Source of the DNA: Octopus vulgaris | Lineage: Eukaryota | Assembly: GCA_951406725.2 (NCBI GenBank) | Contig: OX597829.1 | Location: forward strand, 53,134,001-53,198,000 | Length of the DNA: 64,000 bases | Direction: 5' to 3' | In this document: positions 37,690 through 51,889 of the stretch, one piece after another | Layout: each line of letters starts with the position of its first letter | Position numbering within the stretch: the stretch's first letter is position 1 | Translations under genes and position numbers: made by a program | The notes under the pieces: generated by a model | Database searches by the model: none | What the model was told of the DNA's origin: nothing | Seen by the model: only the letters and a program-made list of their open reading frames with translations

Positions 37690-40600
37690 GTATGTTTTGC
37701 TTTATGTATGTATTCTCATGCATATAGTTGCATATCTAGACATGTTCATATATATTTAAATGATAAACTTCTGGAAAGTTTTACAGATTTTTACAGTTCC
37801 AGTGATGGATTGGATCTGTAGTCTTCGAATTAGCTTTTTCTTTTCTAGTTTTGAGAAGCCTAATTTCTCAATTGGTATTTAGGCAGTTACATATCCCAGG
37901 GCCCCAATAATTACATGCATAAACCTGAACTTGTAATCTGGATTGAGTAACTGCAGATTTGGATTGAGTAACTGCAGATTTCTCAATAGTTCAGCATAGG
38001 TGTTCTCTTTTTCACTGATCTTCAACTTTATGTTAACATCTGCTGGGCAGCTAATTTCTACAACTGTGCACAGTTGCTCTTCTCTATCCCAAATTATTAT
38101 ATCAGGTCTGTTGTGCTTACATTTGAGATCTTCACTGGTACATTCCACCAGTATTCCTTTCTATTATGAGTGGCTATGGCTTCTACCATACTGTGGGTTC
38201 TTATTTCTTTCTCCTCGGGATTATCCTTCCAATGGATTTCATTACAGAGTGTCCTAGCTACAACATCATGTAGAGAATACTGTGATGACATTTTCAGACA
38301 ACTGTTTATGATGTGGAAGATATCTTCAGCATTAACTCCACAAAAATTGCATCAGTTATCACATTTTGCTGCTTTTCCTGTCCCTTTTGTGCATCAGGTA
38401 TTTGGTTGATATTTCCTGTTCATGGATTGCAAACGCATACCCTTCAAAGTGGGAGGTAGTAATCCGGCTATTGGTCCATAATAAACTGCTTTGATGATCG
38501 ATGTTACTATCATCATGGAGCTTTCTACTAACATATCCATGCATAGTCTTCTGCTCATATAGGCTCATCCTTCCATCTGATGATATGTTGCAGTAGAGTC
38601 GTGCGACTTCTTTGGACATGTATTCTAGGTTATCAGACGAAGAGTGTTGCTCAAGGAGCTGCTTTCCAAGTCTTATGATGTTATCAGCCTCATGTATGCA
38701 AACTTGGTCAAGGTATTAGCTTTGACACTTGGTGGTTAAAAGGTGTTGCCAAAGGGATATGGTGTGACATTCAAAGGCATTTTGGAACGATGTTAAGCCT
38801 CTTCCACCTTGTTTTCGTTTTAGGTAGAGGCAGTCTACGTCACTGTTTATGTGGAAATTATGTGTTCTTGTTAGTATTTTTCACATCAATGACTTGGATC
38901 TCATCAAGTGTCCAGTCAAGCAGCCCAAATGTTGGTATGAGTACTGGCACTGCAAACACATTGTGGGCCACTGTTTTATTGAATGCATGGTCCAAATTTT
39001 CTTTATTTGGCTGTAATATTCTTTAGTGACACATGTTTTGTTACAGGTGCCATTGTAAGATATATTTTCATCCACCCCTAGATACCTGTAACATTCCTCG
39101 TCAGATACAGGGGAAACAGTCAAATCATTAATGGAGATGTCATTAGTCAGGTTTATAATTTTTTACCCCTTTTCACAACCAGATAACATTTATCCTGACC
39201 AAACTCCAACCCTACATCCTTTGAGAATGTTGTAACTAGGTCAAGGCTCTTTTTCATCTCATGCATATTCTTTGCATAAAGTTTTAAGAAACAGTGTGTA
39301 ATTTTGGTATTTGTTTCCTTGTGATCCAGTGAGAAACCCTTCAGACTTCCTTAACACGAATGACAAAGGGTTTACAGAAAGTATAAACAACACAGAGAGG
39401 CTGTCTCCTTGGAAGATGCCTTTGCAATATTGTATTCTATCAGTGATAATACAGTCACTCTTTGTGTTTAACTTCAAGATGGTGGCCCACAATGAAGTCA
39501 GGTTAGCTATGGCTTTAACTATTCTCACTGGAACTTTAGCAAGTTGAAGGACTTCTAGCATCCATGAGTGGGGAACAGAGTCAAAGGCTTTCTTGTAGTC
39601 TAGCCATATTGAAACTAGGTTCCTCCTATGCTCTCGCACCTCTGACACCACAGATTCCCAGACTCCCTTCTTCCCAGCTGCTTGTTCTGCTGTGATAATG
39701 TTATTGGTTTCACAATGGTCCAGAAGGAAGCGGTTTAAACATGCTGTTATATCTTACACATTAAGTTTTGGCATGCAATTGGGTGGTAGTTATTTGCAAT
39801 GTGGGTGGTTCTGCATTTGGGGATCAATTTTGTCTCTGCCAGAGCTAACCATTGTGGTATGCTACTGTTCCCAATGAAAGCTTGTTGGTACAGATTGATA
39901 AGATATGGTCGGTAGAAAGTTAGCTTCTCGTACCAGTATCCAGCGATCAAGTGTCTTTCAGGTGCTTTTCCATCCTGTAGTTTCTGGATCACAGTTGCAA
40001 GAGTTTCACCATCAATGTTGTATGTATGGGATATAACGCAGGAGCAATAGCTTCTTCAGATTTCTTCTAGCCACAGAGCATCTTGGTTAAATTCCTTCTC
40101 TTCACTCCAGGTTTTCCTCCAGAAGGAGTCTATGCCTTCTTGTGAAGGAGCTTCTGTGATATTTATTGTCTCTGTATAATGCCGCCTGGTTGTGGTTAAA
40201 TTTTTTATTTATTTTTCTTCTCTCAGTTATTTTCTTCTGATGTTGGAGTTTTTCATTGACAACTTTTAACTCCTGCTTTAAGGTAATCAGTTTGCGAGCG
40301 AGTGTCCTCTTTTTCCTGTCTCCAAGCATCATTTCGATCTCCTTCTTTACTTTCTGTTGGTGGGAAGTATTGTGATTTGCTTGTTTGCCTGCAATAAGCA
40401 TCATTACTGCCGGCATCAGTTGTTAGTTGTCGGAGCACTGCATCCTTCAAAACTTCCATGCTTCCTGAGATTCGCCAACACTACACCTGATTTTCTCCCC
40501 TCCATACACACGCAAGCATGTATCTGACTCATACACTGTTCGCTTTCCAGACATTTATACATTACTGCATATGCTTTATACGCACTTTTTGACAAGTTGT

Positions 40601-41215
40601 GGTGCACCTGAGCACTGTATACAATAATTTCATTATCATTATTATTATTATTACATGACTGATGGTCTTCCATAAACCACTCATCTTTTTCCCTGTCTTC
40701 AAAACCCATGAAGACAGGGATGTAAAGCAGGAGCAATAAATTCTTCAGATTTCTTCCAGCCACAGAGCATCTTGGTTAAATTCCTTCTCTTCACTCCAGG
40801 TTTTCCTCCAGAAGGAATCTATGTCTTCTCGTGGAGTCGCTTCCGTGATATTTATTGCTCCTCCTCTCACGTCTCTGTTTAATGCTACCTGGTTGCAGTT
40901 AAATTTTTTTTTATTGTTCTTCTTTCAGTTATTTTCTTTTGATGTTGGAATTTTTCACGGACAGCTTTCTTTGTTATTTCAGTTTTGTTTACTTTTTGAA
41001 TATCATTCACGTACAGTTTTACAGTAGTAGCCAGAGTATATAGACAGGCGTTAATCTGCCAGAATGTGGGTTCATCACACTGCTGTAAATACTCATCACC
41101 AATTTCGTTAACAACTTTTAATACCGTATCTGGTGAATATTTACTTACTTTGGTACAGAATTCTCTCTCCTCGAGAAAGTCCTTCAAAGCCAAAAGTATT
41201 TTTTCTCAGAAAATT
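37690..41215 (-). mobile_element. Degenerate R4/Dong-like LINE (RT, zinc-knuckle remnant, restriction-like endonuclease)
   Basis: NNYHPIACQN, WLDYKKAFDSVPHSW, KGIFQGDSLS, YRYLGV, EGYAFAIHEQEISTK, HNRPDIIIWD...VVEISCPAD...EKENTY; many stops and frameshifts. Confidence 0.9.
40407..40652 (+). mobile_element. Short CR1-type LINE 3' end inserted in the R4 relic
   Basis: LPASVVSCRSTASFKTSM...* followed by a UTR and (ATT)n tail. Confidence 0.6.
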
Positions 41216-41612
41216 TCAGTAAGGGTACATTTCATTGGCATATAATGCTGACCACCACTACTACTACTACTACAATAATCATTGTGGGTTGTCCCTGCTA
41301 TTTATCATAGTCATTGTAGGGGGACAGTGGTCAGTTACTTGAGCCAGTAATGTAGTTTGACTGACAGGTACTATGTATGTGTGTGTGTATGTATGTATGT
41401 ATGTATATATGTAGGTATGTATGCATGTATGTATGTATGTATGTATGCATGCATGTATGTATGTATGTGTGTATGTATGCATGCATGCATGTATGTATGT
41501 ATGTATGTGTGTGTATGTATGTATGTATGTATGTGTGTATGTATGTATGTGCATACGTATGTGTATGTATGTATGTATGTATGTATGTATGTATGTATGT
41601 ATATCTGTAAAT

Positions 41613-41645
<33 letters not shown>

Positions 41646-42357
41646 TAATCAAATGTTTAAAAATTGTTGTAAATTTTGAGCCACAAATTTCAGTAAGCTT
41701 TCAAATAATAATTTATTCTTCTCCTTAATCACCATCATCATCAACATCTCGGCATTTTTTTTACTTCATATTTATATATGTAGTAGTTGTTGTTGTTGTC
41801 ATTGTTGTTGCTGTTATTGTTGTTACAATTTAATGAAGCAAAAACCAGGAAAAAACAAAAATCTGCAGAATGATAAAACAAGAAAATATTTTCAAGTCTA
41901 AAACGTGATGGAAGTTCAGTTCAAAGCATTGTTTTGATGTAGAATAATTGGCAGGAAACATTTATAAAACTCTGTCAATGTGTTGAAATGTACTTTAGTG
42001 AATAAAACCGATTTCTTTGTTAGGAGTTGCTTTTTATGAAGACTGTTCACAAAAACACACCCATTCACACACCCCTACATATCTTGTAATTTCTGTTGTA
42101 AAACCACAAAGAAATCTGCATTTATCAAGTTGGCTATTGCTAAAAAGTCTTTCATCATAAGTCTGCTCAGTCAAGACTGACATGTAACTAAACAAAGACG
42201 GCAACAATGTTAGCATGATATAACCGATAAACATCTTTGAATCTGATGCTACTGATTTCAAATACTGTTTAGAAAGAGACAAGTTCCACCAGACTTAACT
42301 GCATTTGATACACTAACCTAGAAAGGAAATCTTTCAGTAAAGTCTCAATTATCTTGG

Positions 42358-43060
42358 ATGTAAAGCAGGAGCAATAAATTCTTCAGATTTCTTCCAGCCA
42401 CAGAGCATCTTGGTTAAACTCCTTCTTTTCACTCCAGGTTTTCCTCCAGAAGGAGTCTATGTCTTCTCGTGGACTTGCTTCCGTGATATTTATTGCTCCC
42501 CTTCTCACGTCTCTGTATACTACTGCCTGGTTACTCTCTTTACTCTTTTACTTGTTTCAGTCATTTGACTGCGGCCATGCTGGAGCACCACCTTTAGTCG
42601 AGCAAATCGACCTCGGGACTTATTCTTTGTAAGCCCAGTACTTATTCTATCGGTCTCTTTTGCCGAACCGCTAAGTGACGGGGACGTAAACACACCAGCA
42701 TCGGTTGTCAAGCAATGCTAGGGGTCAAACACAGACACACAAACACACACACACACATACATATATATATACATATATACGACAGGCTTCTTTCAGTTTC
42801 CGTCTACCAAATCCACTCACAAGGCATTGGTCGGCTCGGGGCTATAGCAGAAGACACTTGCCCAAGATGCCACGCAGTGGGACTGAACCCGGAACCATGT
42901 GGTTGGTTAGCAAGCTACTTACCACACAGCCACTTGCGGTTAAATTTTTTTTTTATTGTTCTCCTCTCAGTTATTTTCTTTTGATGTTGGAGTTTTTCAC
43001 TGACAGCTTTTAGCTCCTGCTTGAGGGCAATCAGTTTGCAAGTGAGTGTCCTCTTTTTGC
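42358..43060 (-). mobile_element. Third copy of an R4 segment, interrupted by a SINE
   Basis: GCAGGAGCAATAAATTCTTCAGATTTCTTCCAGCCACAGAGCATCTTGG also occurs at about 40038 (variant) and 40727. Confidence 0.8.
42533..42933 (-). mobile_element. tRNA-derived CORE-like SINE
   Basis: Same family; the empty site is visible in the paralog at about 40890. Confidence 0.87.
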
Positions 43061-43243
43061 TAATAGAAGTCATTCAGCCCAAAGTGCTGCACACAGGGAC
43101 TGAACCTGGGACACAGCAGTTGAGAAGTAAACTTCTTATTTAACCAGCCATGTTTGTGCCCCCATGATAACTTTGTAATATTAGTAGATCTGAAACTATA
43201 CAACCCATTATATATATATATATGATTCATTCATACATACATG

Positions 43244-43275
<32 letters not shown>

Positions 43276-43286
43276 CATACATACAT

Positions 43287-43454
43287 ACAGGAGTGGCTGT
43301 GTGGTAAGTAGCTTGCTAACCAACCACATGGTTCCGGGTTCAGTCCCACTGCGTGGCATCTTGGGCAAGTGTCTTCTGCTATAGCCCCGGGCCGACCAAT
43401 GCCTTGTGAGTGGATTTGGTAGACGGAAACTGAAAGAAGCCTGTCGTATATATG

Positions 43455-43485
<31 letters not shown>

Positions 43486-43670
43486 TTGTGTGTCTGACAA
43501 CCGATGCTGGTGTGTTTACGTCCCCGTCACTTAGCGGTTCGGCAAAAGAGACCGATAGAATAAGTACTGGGCTTACAAAGAATAAGTCCCGGGGTCGATT
43601 TGCTCGATTAAAGGTGGTGCTCCAGCATGGCCACAGTCAAATGACTGAAGCAAGTGAAAAAGAGTAAAGA

Positions 43671-43672
<2 letters not shown>
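43287..43672 (+). mobile_element. tRNA-derived CORE-like SINE
   Basis: Same family. Confidence 0.85.
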
Positions 43673-43723
<51 letters not shown>

Positions 43724-44016
43724 TATATATATATATATACACTTATACACGTATATATACACTTATACACATATATATATACACTTATACACATATATAT
43801 ACACTTATACACACATATATATACATACATATTTATATACATATATATAGAGAGAGGGGAGAGAAGCAAATCCAAAATGAAAAACAGGAAACAAAAACAA
43901 AAGTCGATTGGGTGTACACAGTTAATAGATTAGATTGACACTCAGTGAAAGTTGTAGATGGGAAAATAGGAGTGACATTTCAAACATAGCTTTTTGTTGA
44001 AACTACAAAGATAGAC

Positions 44017-44050
<34 letters not shown>

Positions 44051-44813
44051 TGAGAGAGAGAGAGATATGGAGTGGTTGGCATTAGAAAAAGCATCCGGCC
44101 ACAGAAACCAATCCAAACTCAGACTGGTGCCTGGTGCAGCTCTTTGGCTTACCAGTTCCAGTCAAACCATCTAACCCATGCTAGTTTGAAAAGCGGATGC
44201 TAAATGATGATGATGATGATGATGAAGTCGATGGTGGTGGTGGTGGTGTTGGTGTTGGTGGTGGTGGTGGTGGTGATGGCGGCGGCGGCGGTGGCGGAGG
44301 TGGTGGCGGCGGTGGCGGTGGTTATGGTGGTGGCAGTGGCGGTGGTGGTGGTAGGTGGTGGTGGTGGTGGTGGTGGTGGTGGTGGTGGTGGTGGTAGTGG
44401 TGGTGGTGGTCGATGTAATGATGATGATGATGGCAGTGATGATGATGGTAGCGATGATGATGGTAGCGATGATGATGATAGATATACTATGTATGCTCCT
44501 ACCTCCTGATCTCTCCTCCTTTCTGAACGACTTCTCACCTCACCAACCTTTCTCCACCTGATATTTTTCCCATCAAGCCACACCACTACTTTGGCTCACC
44601 ATTTACTACGTTCACCTCTACACTCAGTTCTAACCCTCTGTTACTCTTCACTCCACTCTGACTCACACTCTTATGAAACTATCTGCCCTCTCCTCCCCCA
44701 CCTTCTGTTCTACCTGGAGAGTTTGCCCTGGCACCCCATCACCACCGTCTTCATCTTCTACCCAGCTAAGGCTGTTATTTACTCACTCAATCACTCTCTT
44801 GTTCTCCCTTTTC

Positions 44814-44875
<62 letters not shown>

Positions 44876-45169
44876 GGACAAGAAAAATTCCTGAGATCCA
44901 TGGATGATTTCTCTCCAGCGATCTTTGTCCCTCATCATCACTGCCATTAAATGTCACTGCTTGCATTGGTCAGCTGAAATTTGATGAGGCAGATTTTTTT
45001 TATGGCCAGATTCTCTTCCTGTTACCAACTCTCACCTTTTTCCAAGTAAATTAATATTTTCCCCCTTGTCCTTCAAGCACAAAAGAGTACGATGACTGGA
45101 CATGATTTTACAGGAGATTGCAAACAAACGACACAACTGCTATAACAGTGATATTCATTTATGACTAGA

Positions 45170-45546
45170 GAGGTTCTGGGTTCAGTCCCACTGCGTGTCA
45201 TCTTGGGCAAGTGTCTCCTGCTATAGCCCCGGGCTGACCAATGCCTTGTGAGTGGATTTGGTAGACAGAAACTGAAAGAAGCCTGTCGTATATATGTGTA
45301 TATATATATATATATGTATGTGCGTGTGTTTGTGTGTCTGTGTTTGTACCCCTAGCATTGCTTGACAACTGATGCTGGTGTGTTTACGTCCCCGTCACTT
45401 AGCGGTTCGGCAAAAAGAGACCAATAGAATAAGTACTGGGCTTACAAAGAATAAGTCCCGGGGTCGATTTGCTCGACTAAAGGCGGTGCTCCAGCATGGC
45501 TGCAGTCAAATGACTGAAACAAGTAAAAGAGTAAAAGAGTAAAAAG
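45170..45546 (+). mobile_element. CORE-like SINE, 5'-truncated
   Basis: Starts at the B-box GGTTCTGGGTTCAGTCCC; full tail present. Confidence 0.83.
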
Positions 45547-46584
45547 ATAGTGATGTCAAGGAAAGAGAACTCCAGCTTCATGTATACATGTATACACTCA
45601 CTCACTCACTCAAAAAAGCTTTTTTCATCTTTCATCAACTAAATCCACTCACACGGCTTTGGTCAGAATAGGACAATAGTAGAAGACACTTGTCCAAGTG
45701 CAGTGGGATTGAGCTTGGGACCACATGGTTCACAAGTGACCTTCTCAACCACACAGCTACGCCTATGTCAAAACTTTGCATCAGTTAAAATTTTCTGAAA
45801 AATGCATGCAAGTTGCAACTTTTCATCTTGGCTGAAATCAACAATGGAGCCTCTGCACTACAAGAACCAGCAGCCAAATCTCACTGCCAATTTAAAACAA
45901 AGTGCGTAACGGTTAAATACTAACCTCTCCACCATGAAGACAGAGACTAGATCTACCTAATGTTTATATGCTTCCACTGCTGGTTGCATATCCTTCACTT
46001 TTTGCAAACAACACCTGCCAACATTATTAAGTCATTCCAAGTCTCCAGAAATTTATATAGATAATTTTGTATGACTTAATAGAGCTGTCACTGTTTAGTT
46101 AGGTATTTATGAGGGGTTGTAACTTACTTATGAAATTTATGAATACAGTTATACATTGGGTAAATGTGTTTGAAAGTTGTAGTTCCTTTGGTTTGTTTGT
46201 TCCCAAACAACACTTATTTTAATGCTATTGACATCACCGGATTGAATGCTACTGCCCAGGTGTCGAAACCATAATGATATCCATGGGGCAGCTGATGATG
46301 GGGATATGTTGGACTGTTGATATGGCTGTTTTTGTATATGTGGAATAGTATTATTGGATTGTCGGTATGGTTGTAGAATAGTATTATATATATCCTTTTG
46401 CCATCGTCATCATCATCATCATTTAATGTCCACTTTCCATACTGGCATGCGTTGGACAGTTTGACCAAGGACTGGCAAGCCAGGAGGCTGCACCATACTC
46501 CAATCTGATCTGGCAATGTTTCTACAGCTGGATGCCCTTCCTAATGCCAACCACTCCAAGAGTGTAGTGGATATAAATATTATA

Positions 46585-46615
<31 letters not shown>

Positions 46616-46754
46616 AGATATATAGATATATTTACATAGATATATATATATATATATATATATATAACTTTATAAATACAAGGGTAAAAATTATTAAATA
46701 ATTTATAACAATGGTTAGCATGTGTAATAAAAGTCAGAAGACAAATATTTTTTA

Positions 46755-47037
46755 ATATAATAGTGTATGAAATATATACAGAGAGAAAACCACCAAGTGG
46801 AGTTCTTACATGCTAAAAATGGCAGTCAAAGCCCAAAACCACAAAAAAAATCATTCTTACATTAAAGCACATTGCTTAAAATTTGTATTCACTCAAATAT
46901 CTTGCTTGTGTACCAGCAAAGTGCTTTAATGTAAGAATGTTTTTTTTCGTGGTTTTTGGGCTTTGACTGCCATTTTTAGCATGTAAGTAATCCACGTGGT
47001 AGTTTTCTCTCCATATATATTTCATATACTATTATAT
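46755..47037. repeat. Inverted repeat with about 120-bp arms and a 38-bp spacer
   Basis: CTTACATGCTAAAAATGGCAGTCAAAGCCCAAAACCAC is mirrored by GTGGTTTTTGGGCTTTGACTGCCATTTTTAGCATGTAAG. Confidence 0.9.
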
Positions 47038-47233
47038 ATATGTATTTTTTTTCCAATTTGTGTGACTGTATATAGAATAATATATCAGTTGAATAAAAGT
47101 TAAAACATGTTTTCCTCTTGTTTTCCTAAAAAACATCTTATTGAGTAATGTCCAGAGTTTGCCGCTGCTACCAAATCTAATTCAAATTAATTGAGGAGGA
47201 AATTTCCTCTTCAAGTAATGTCAAATTTATTTG

Positions 47234-47320
47234 CCCAGAAGAGATGGCACCAATAATGCATAAATCGCTGCATATGATTCTGCAACAATATGTGATTGAT
47301 GCAATCAAAACACGTGTCGG
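47234..47320 (+). ncRNA. Decayed type I hammerhead-like motif with long stem II
   Basis: CC CAGAAGA GATGGCACCAAT...ATTGATGCAATC AAAAC ACGT GTC GG: stem II 10/12 complementary, palindromic stem III ACACGTGT, GUC triplet; two core substitutions. Confidence 0.6.
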
Positions 47321-47527
47321 ATTTTAATTTTGACTGGAAATATACAAAAAGATTGAATGCTCAAATTCTTCATTCTCCTAATTTTAATATTGTTCTTTAC
47401 ACTCTAAGTAGCTAAAAAATAAACTGGAACATCAGATGAGATAGATTACCAAAAAAAACATCAAGAGAAGGAACCAACCTTGGCAATTTTACTCTGAGAA
47501 ATTCAATATCTGCTTGGATATCCTCCT

Positions 47528-47634
<107 letters not shown>

Positions 47635-48122
47635 CCTCGTGCTGGTGGCACATAAAAGCACCCACTACACTCTCGGAGTGGTTGGTGTTAGGAAGGGCAC
47701 CCAGCTGTAGAAACTATGCCAGATCAAGATTGGAGCCTGGTGCAGCCATCTGGTTCGCCAGACCTCAGTCAAATCATCCAACCCATACTAGCATGGAAAG
47801 CAGACGTTAAACAATGATGATGACAATGATGATATATATACGTATGTATGTATGTATCTACATATGTGTAGATATATACCTATATATATATATTGTATGA
47901 TACAAACGAGATGATGATATGTTTTCAAACACAGAATTTCTGCTAGAACAACAGAAATATTGGGTAAATTAGCCTTAGAAGGCAGAAAAATTTGTCAACC
48001 TGGTAATTCTGTTGTTCTAATGGCAATTCTGCATCCAAAACAATATCACCTTCTTGTTTGTATCGTACAATACACATTCCAATGCTTCTGATAAAAACAA
48101 ATGTAAGTTTGTTTATATTTAT

Positions 48123-48157
<35 letters not shown>

Positions 48158-48241
48158 CAAAGTCACACAAACACATGTAAATATGAAAATTAACACATAC
48201 ATATGCACACAGCACCAGCAAAACACACACACTCACACATA

Positions 48242-48281
<40 letters not shown>

Positions 48282-48641
48282 TATATTTATATATTCTTAT
48301 TAATGATTGAGACTATTTTCATAAGAAGTACTCAACAAGTGTTTAAACAGCTGAGCCCTTCCATCAAGCACCATGTGGAGGAAGGAATACTTCCACCATT
48401 CCACCAGAGTCAATAATGACGACAGACCAAAGCTATGACCTCATTTTATTGTCTGGCACAGCCAAAACACAAAATGATGACAAATCGGCTTGGATTCTGA
48501 GTAAAATCATAACTGCTATTTGTGTGTGTATGCGTGTGTGCACATTTTTATGTACATATATGCATATCTATTTCTATATCTATCTGTCTATACATATATA
48601 TATCTACACACACACACAAACATATGTATACATACATATGC

Positions 48642-48672
<31 letters not shown>

Positions 48673-48837
48673 TCGTTTTGGGGTTTGGTTTGCAAGATTC
48701 TTTATATGAGTTCGTGTGTTGAAGCATATTCTGTTGTGTCTGGGGAGAGTCATTCTCTTTTAGTGCCTTATTATTTAACACACTCACCAGTAAAATTTCC
48801 ACTTATTTCTTATTTTTATTTTTCTAAAATTTTCGTT

Positions 48838-48900
48838 GCATCTTGCAACCTTTTCAATAGTCTTTCAAGAGTCAAGACTATTGAAAAGGTTGCAAGATGC
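48838..48900. repeat. Perfect 27-bp-arm hairpin terminating a short (TA)n-adjacent repeat (about 48670-48900)
   Basis: GCATCTTGCAACCTTTTCAATAGTCTT / AAGACTATTGAAAAGGTTGCAAGATGC with a 9-nt loop. Confidence 0.9.
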
Positions 48901-48984
48901 CTGACCCTGTTTCTACGGCTGGATGCCCTTCCTAACGCCACATATATATATACATACACACACTAACACACACACACATGATGT

Positions 48985-49580
48985 GGTGAATAAATTGTCG
49001 TCTAAATAACACAAAATTGAAAATAACACTGACATCTCATTTTTACAGATATAATTTACCAAAATTACATAAAAATATCTTGAAATATTAACGAGTAAAT
49101 TTATTCAATTAAATCACCATTGGCTTCACCCACGGCCCCCAGACGACTTCAGAATCTCCTGCAACACTTTTGGATGATTTTGTTTAAGATGTTGAATGCT
49201 ACCATAATCTTTACCTTCAGTTCATCTTTGGTGTTACAAGGACTTTTGTTCATCTCCTACATATAATAATTAAGTGGGTTGCAGTCTGGGGAGATAGGTG
49301 GCCAGATATTAGAAATTGATTGACAGCCATAACTGGGTTTTTCTGTTTGTGTGGCATAGGTCTTGCAGCAGCCACCCTCTTGACCCAGGGCAGCATCACC
49401 TCTTCATGTTGGCCTCTGTGTTGAGTTTGAGACTATTTGGGAAGATGACTGGAGGCCTAATGTTGCCATCACTAATGATCACTCCAAACACCATGATGCT
49501 GACTAAATGTTTGATTTTTATTCCTCTCAGTACATGTTTTGGGGACACAGCAAGCTAACAGTTGTTCTGTGTTCACCATT
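48985..49580 (-). pseudogene. maT/DD37D-like (Tc1-mariner superfamily) transposase relic
   Basis: MVFGVIISDGNIRPPVIFPNSLKLNTE..MLPWVKRVAA..CHTNRKTQLWL..IWPPISPDCNPLNY..NTKDELKVKI..SRLGAVGEANGDLIE*. Confidence 0.8.
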
Positions 49581-49790
49581 TGTTCATATTGGAGCTTCCG
49601 GCACAACTGCCAAACAGTACAGCATGTCATTTCCAAATTTCTAGCAGAGCGAATTGCATCATGGTGCTGTTTTTCTCGCAGATGGTGCCCAGCTGACCCT
49701 ACTATACTGTGTAGTTGACAAAATCAAAAGCAAACAATGCACTTGCATGAAATTAAAATATGAAATGGTGATAATTTACCCATCTTATCC

Positions 49791-50134
49791 TGTATGTATG
49801 TATGTATGTATGTATGTATGTATGTATGTATGTATGTATGTATGTATGTATGTATGTATGTATGTATGTATGTATGTATGTATGTATGTATGTATGTATG
49901 TATGTATGTATGTATGTATGTATGTATGTATGTATGTATGTATGTATGTATGTATGTATGTATGTATGTATGTATGTATGTATGTATGTATGTATGTATG
50001 TTGTTATGTATGTATGTATGTATGTATGTATGTATGTATGTATGTATGTATGTATGTATGTATGTATGTATGTATGTATGTATGTATGTATGTATGTATG
50101 TATGTACGTACGTACGTACGTACGTATGTATGTA

Positions 50135-50166
<32 letters not shown>

Positions 50167-50220
50167 CATACATACATACATACATACATGCATACATACA
50201 TACATTACATACATACATAC
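49791..50220. repeat. (TATG)n tract switching to (TA)n and (CATA)n
   Basis: About 310 bp of nearly pure TATG, then the inverted motif. Confidence 0.95.
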
Positions 50221-50399
50221 GTCGCTCCAATACACCACCACGTTTGAACCTTTTGAACTATTCTTAACCATTTTTTTGTACTTTCTGCTTTTCTCTATTG
50301 TTGTTTCTTCTTACTCTGTTTTCTCTCAATCCGCACATTGTTACTTTGCCTCCCTCTTCCTCCCTTTCTTTATTTGCCATAATTGATCACCAGCCACTA

Positions 50400-50570
50400 A
50401 ACCACTTTATATTTTCTCTCCCTGTTTCTTTCTGTGTTTCCTTTCTATGGAAGAGTATAGGCTCGAAAGGTAAAAGACTTTCTCACTTCCTCAACATTAA
50501 ACTAATGGATCTGTTTGTTGTCTACACACCTGTCTTCTTCTTTTGTATTGTTTTTTGTAAATTCCAATTA
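50400..50570 (+). mobile_element. Short non-coding repeat with hammerhead-like module (same family as 60080-60272)
   Basis: CTTT CTATGGA A GAGT-ATAG-GCTC GAAA GGTA AAAG; shared 3' part TCTGTTTGTTGTCTACAC...TGTAAATTCCAA. Confidence 0.6.
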
Positions 50571-51046
50571 TGTGTGTGTGTGTGTGTGTATCTGAAGACA
50601 GTGAACCTTACAAATAAGATAACAAAGAACCACCATATCTGGTGGTCTGTTGTACTCAAGAAGACCCAACCACCACAGCAGAACTGATATCTTAAGTCAC
50701 CTTGCTTAATGCTCCCCTATTAGTTCAAGGGGTTTTTGTCGCGCAAGTTACTCAGTGACCCTGTCAATGTTGGTGCCACATAAAAAACACCAGAGCTGGT
50801 GCAATGTAAAAACCACTGATGATGATGCCACATAATAAGCACAGGTGATGGTTCCACATAAGCACAGGTGATGGTGCTAAGTAAAAAGCCCTAGTGGTGG
50901 TGCCAATCAAAATGCACCCTGTAGGTTATGTTAAGTGGTTGGCATTACAAAGAGTATCCAGCAGCATAAATGATGTGAAAAGAAAACAAAAGAGCCTGGT
51001 GTGCTCCTGCCAGTCCCGGCTCCAATCAAACTGTCCAACCCATACC

Positions 51047-51282
51047 TATTTCTATTTCTTTACTACCCACAAGGGGCTAAACATAGAGGGGACAAAGAAG
51101 GACAGACATAGGTATTAAGTCAATTACATCGACCCCAGTGCGTAACTGGTTCTTAATTTATCGACCCCGAAAGGATGAAAGGCAAAGTCGACCTCGGCGG
51201 AATTTGAACTCACAACGTAACGGCAGACGAAATACCGCTAAGCATTTCGCCCGGCGTGCTAACGTTCCTGCCAAGCTCGCCG
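51047..51282 (-). mobile_element. Young full-length Deu/Nin-like SINE with 12-bp TSD
   Basis: CCAACCCATACC at 51035-51046 and 51283-51294; inserted into an old RTE-type tail. Confidence 0.92.
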
Positions 51283-51386
51283 CCAACCCATACCAGCATG
51301 GAAAACAGATGTTAAATGAATATGAAGAGGATGATGAGGAAGATAACACATTCACACAACATGTTTATGTACATGCGTGCGTGTGC

Positions 51387-51417
<31 letters not shown>

Positions 51418-51889
51418 CACATGCACACACATGCAAGCACACAGTTAAATATAGAAAGTTACGACACTACAATGGCAATGAGATTATTATGGCAACAGCT
51501 GTTCATTAAGTAGTTTTCTGAACTAATTAATAGTTTTGATGACAGTGTTGTAAGCTAATCAACAGACAGAATTAAAATAAGAGCAACAACAACAAACAAA
51601 TCAGCGACAACAACAACAACAACAACAATAGCAATGTACAATAACTCAACAAAAATAAAAGAAAACAACGAAAACGAAAAGTAAGAAACTTGTAAAAACA
51701 AAATACAATAAATAAAAGGAAAATTTTTTAAAAAAACATACTACAAAAGAGGCCACACACAAACAAAAACTACATAAAACAATTATGAAAACGAAAGTGA
51801 AGCGGGATGGGAAAGTGAAGAAGGTTATTTTTATAAAATACGTAATGCTTTGGGATGGATAGAAAATATATATACATACATATATAGCA

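Noticed and set aside
46240-46310. GAAAC...CTGATGA arrangement suggesting a type II hammerhead
   Set aside because: Stems I and III could not be formed convincingly by eye.
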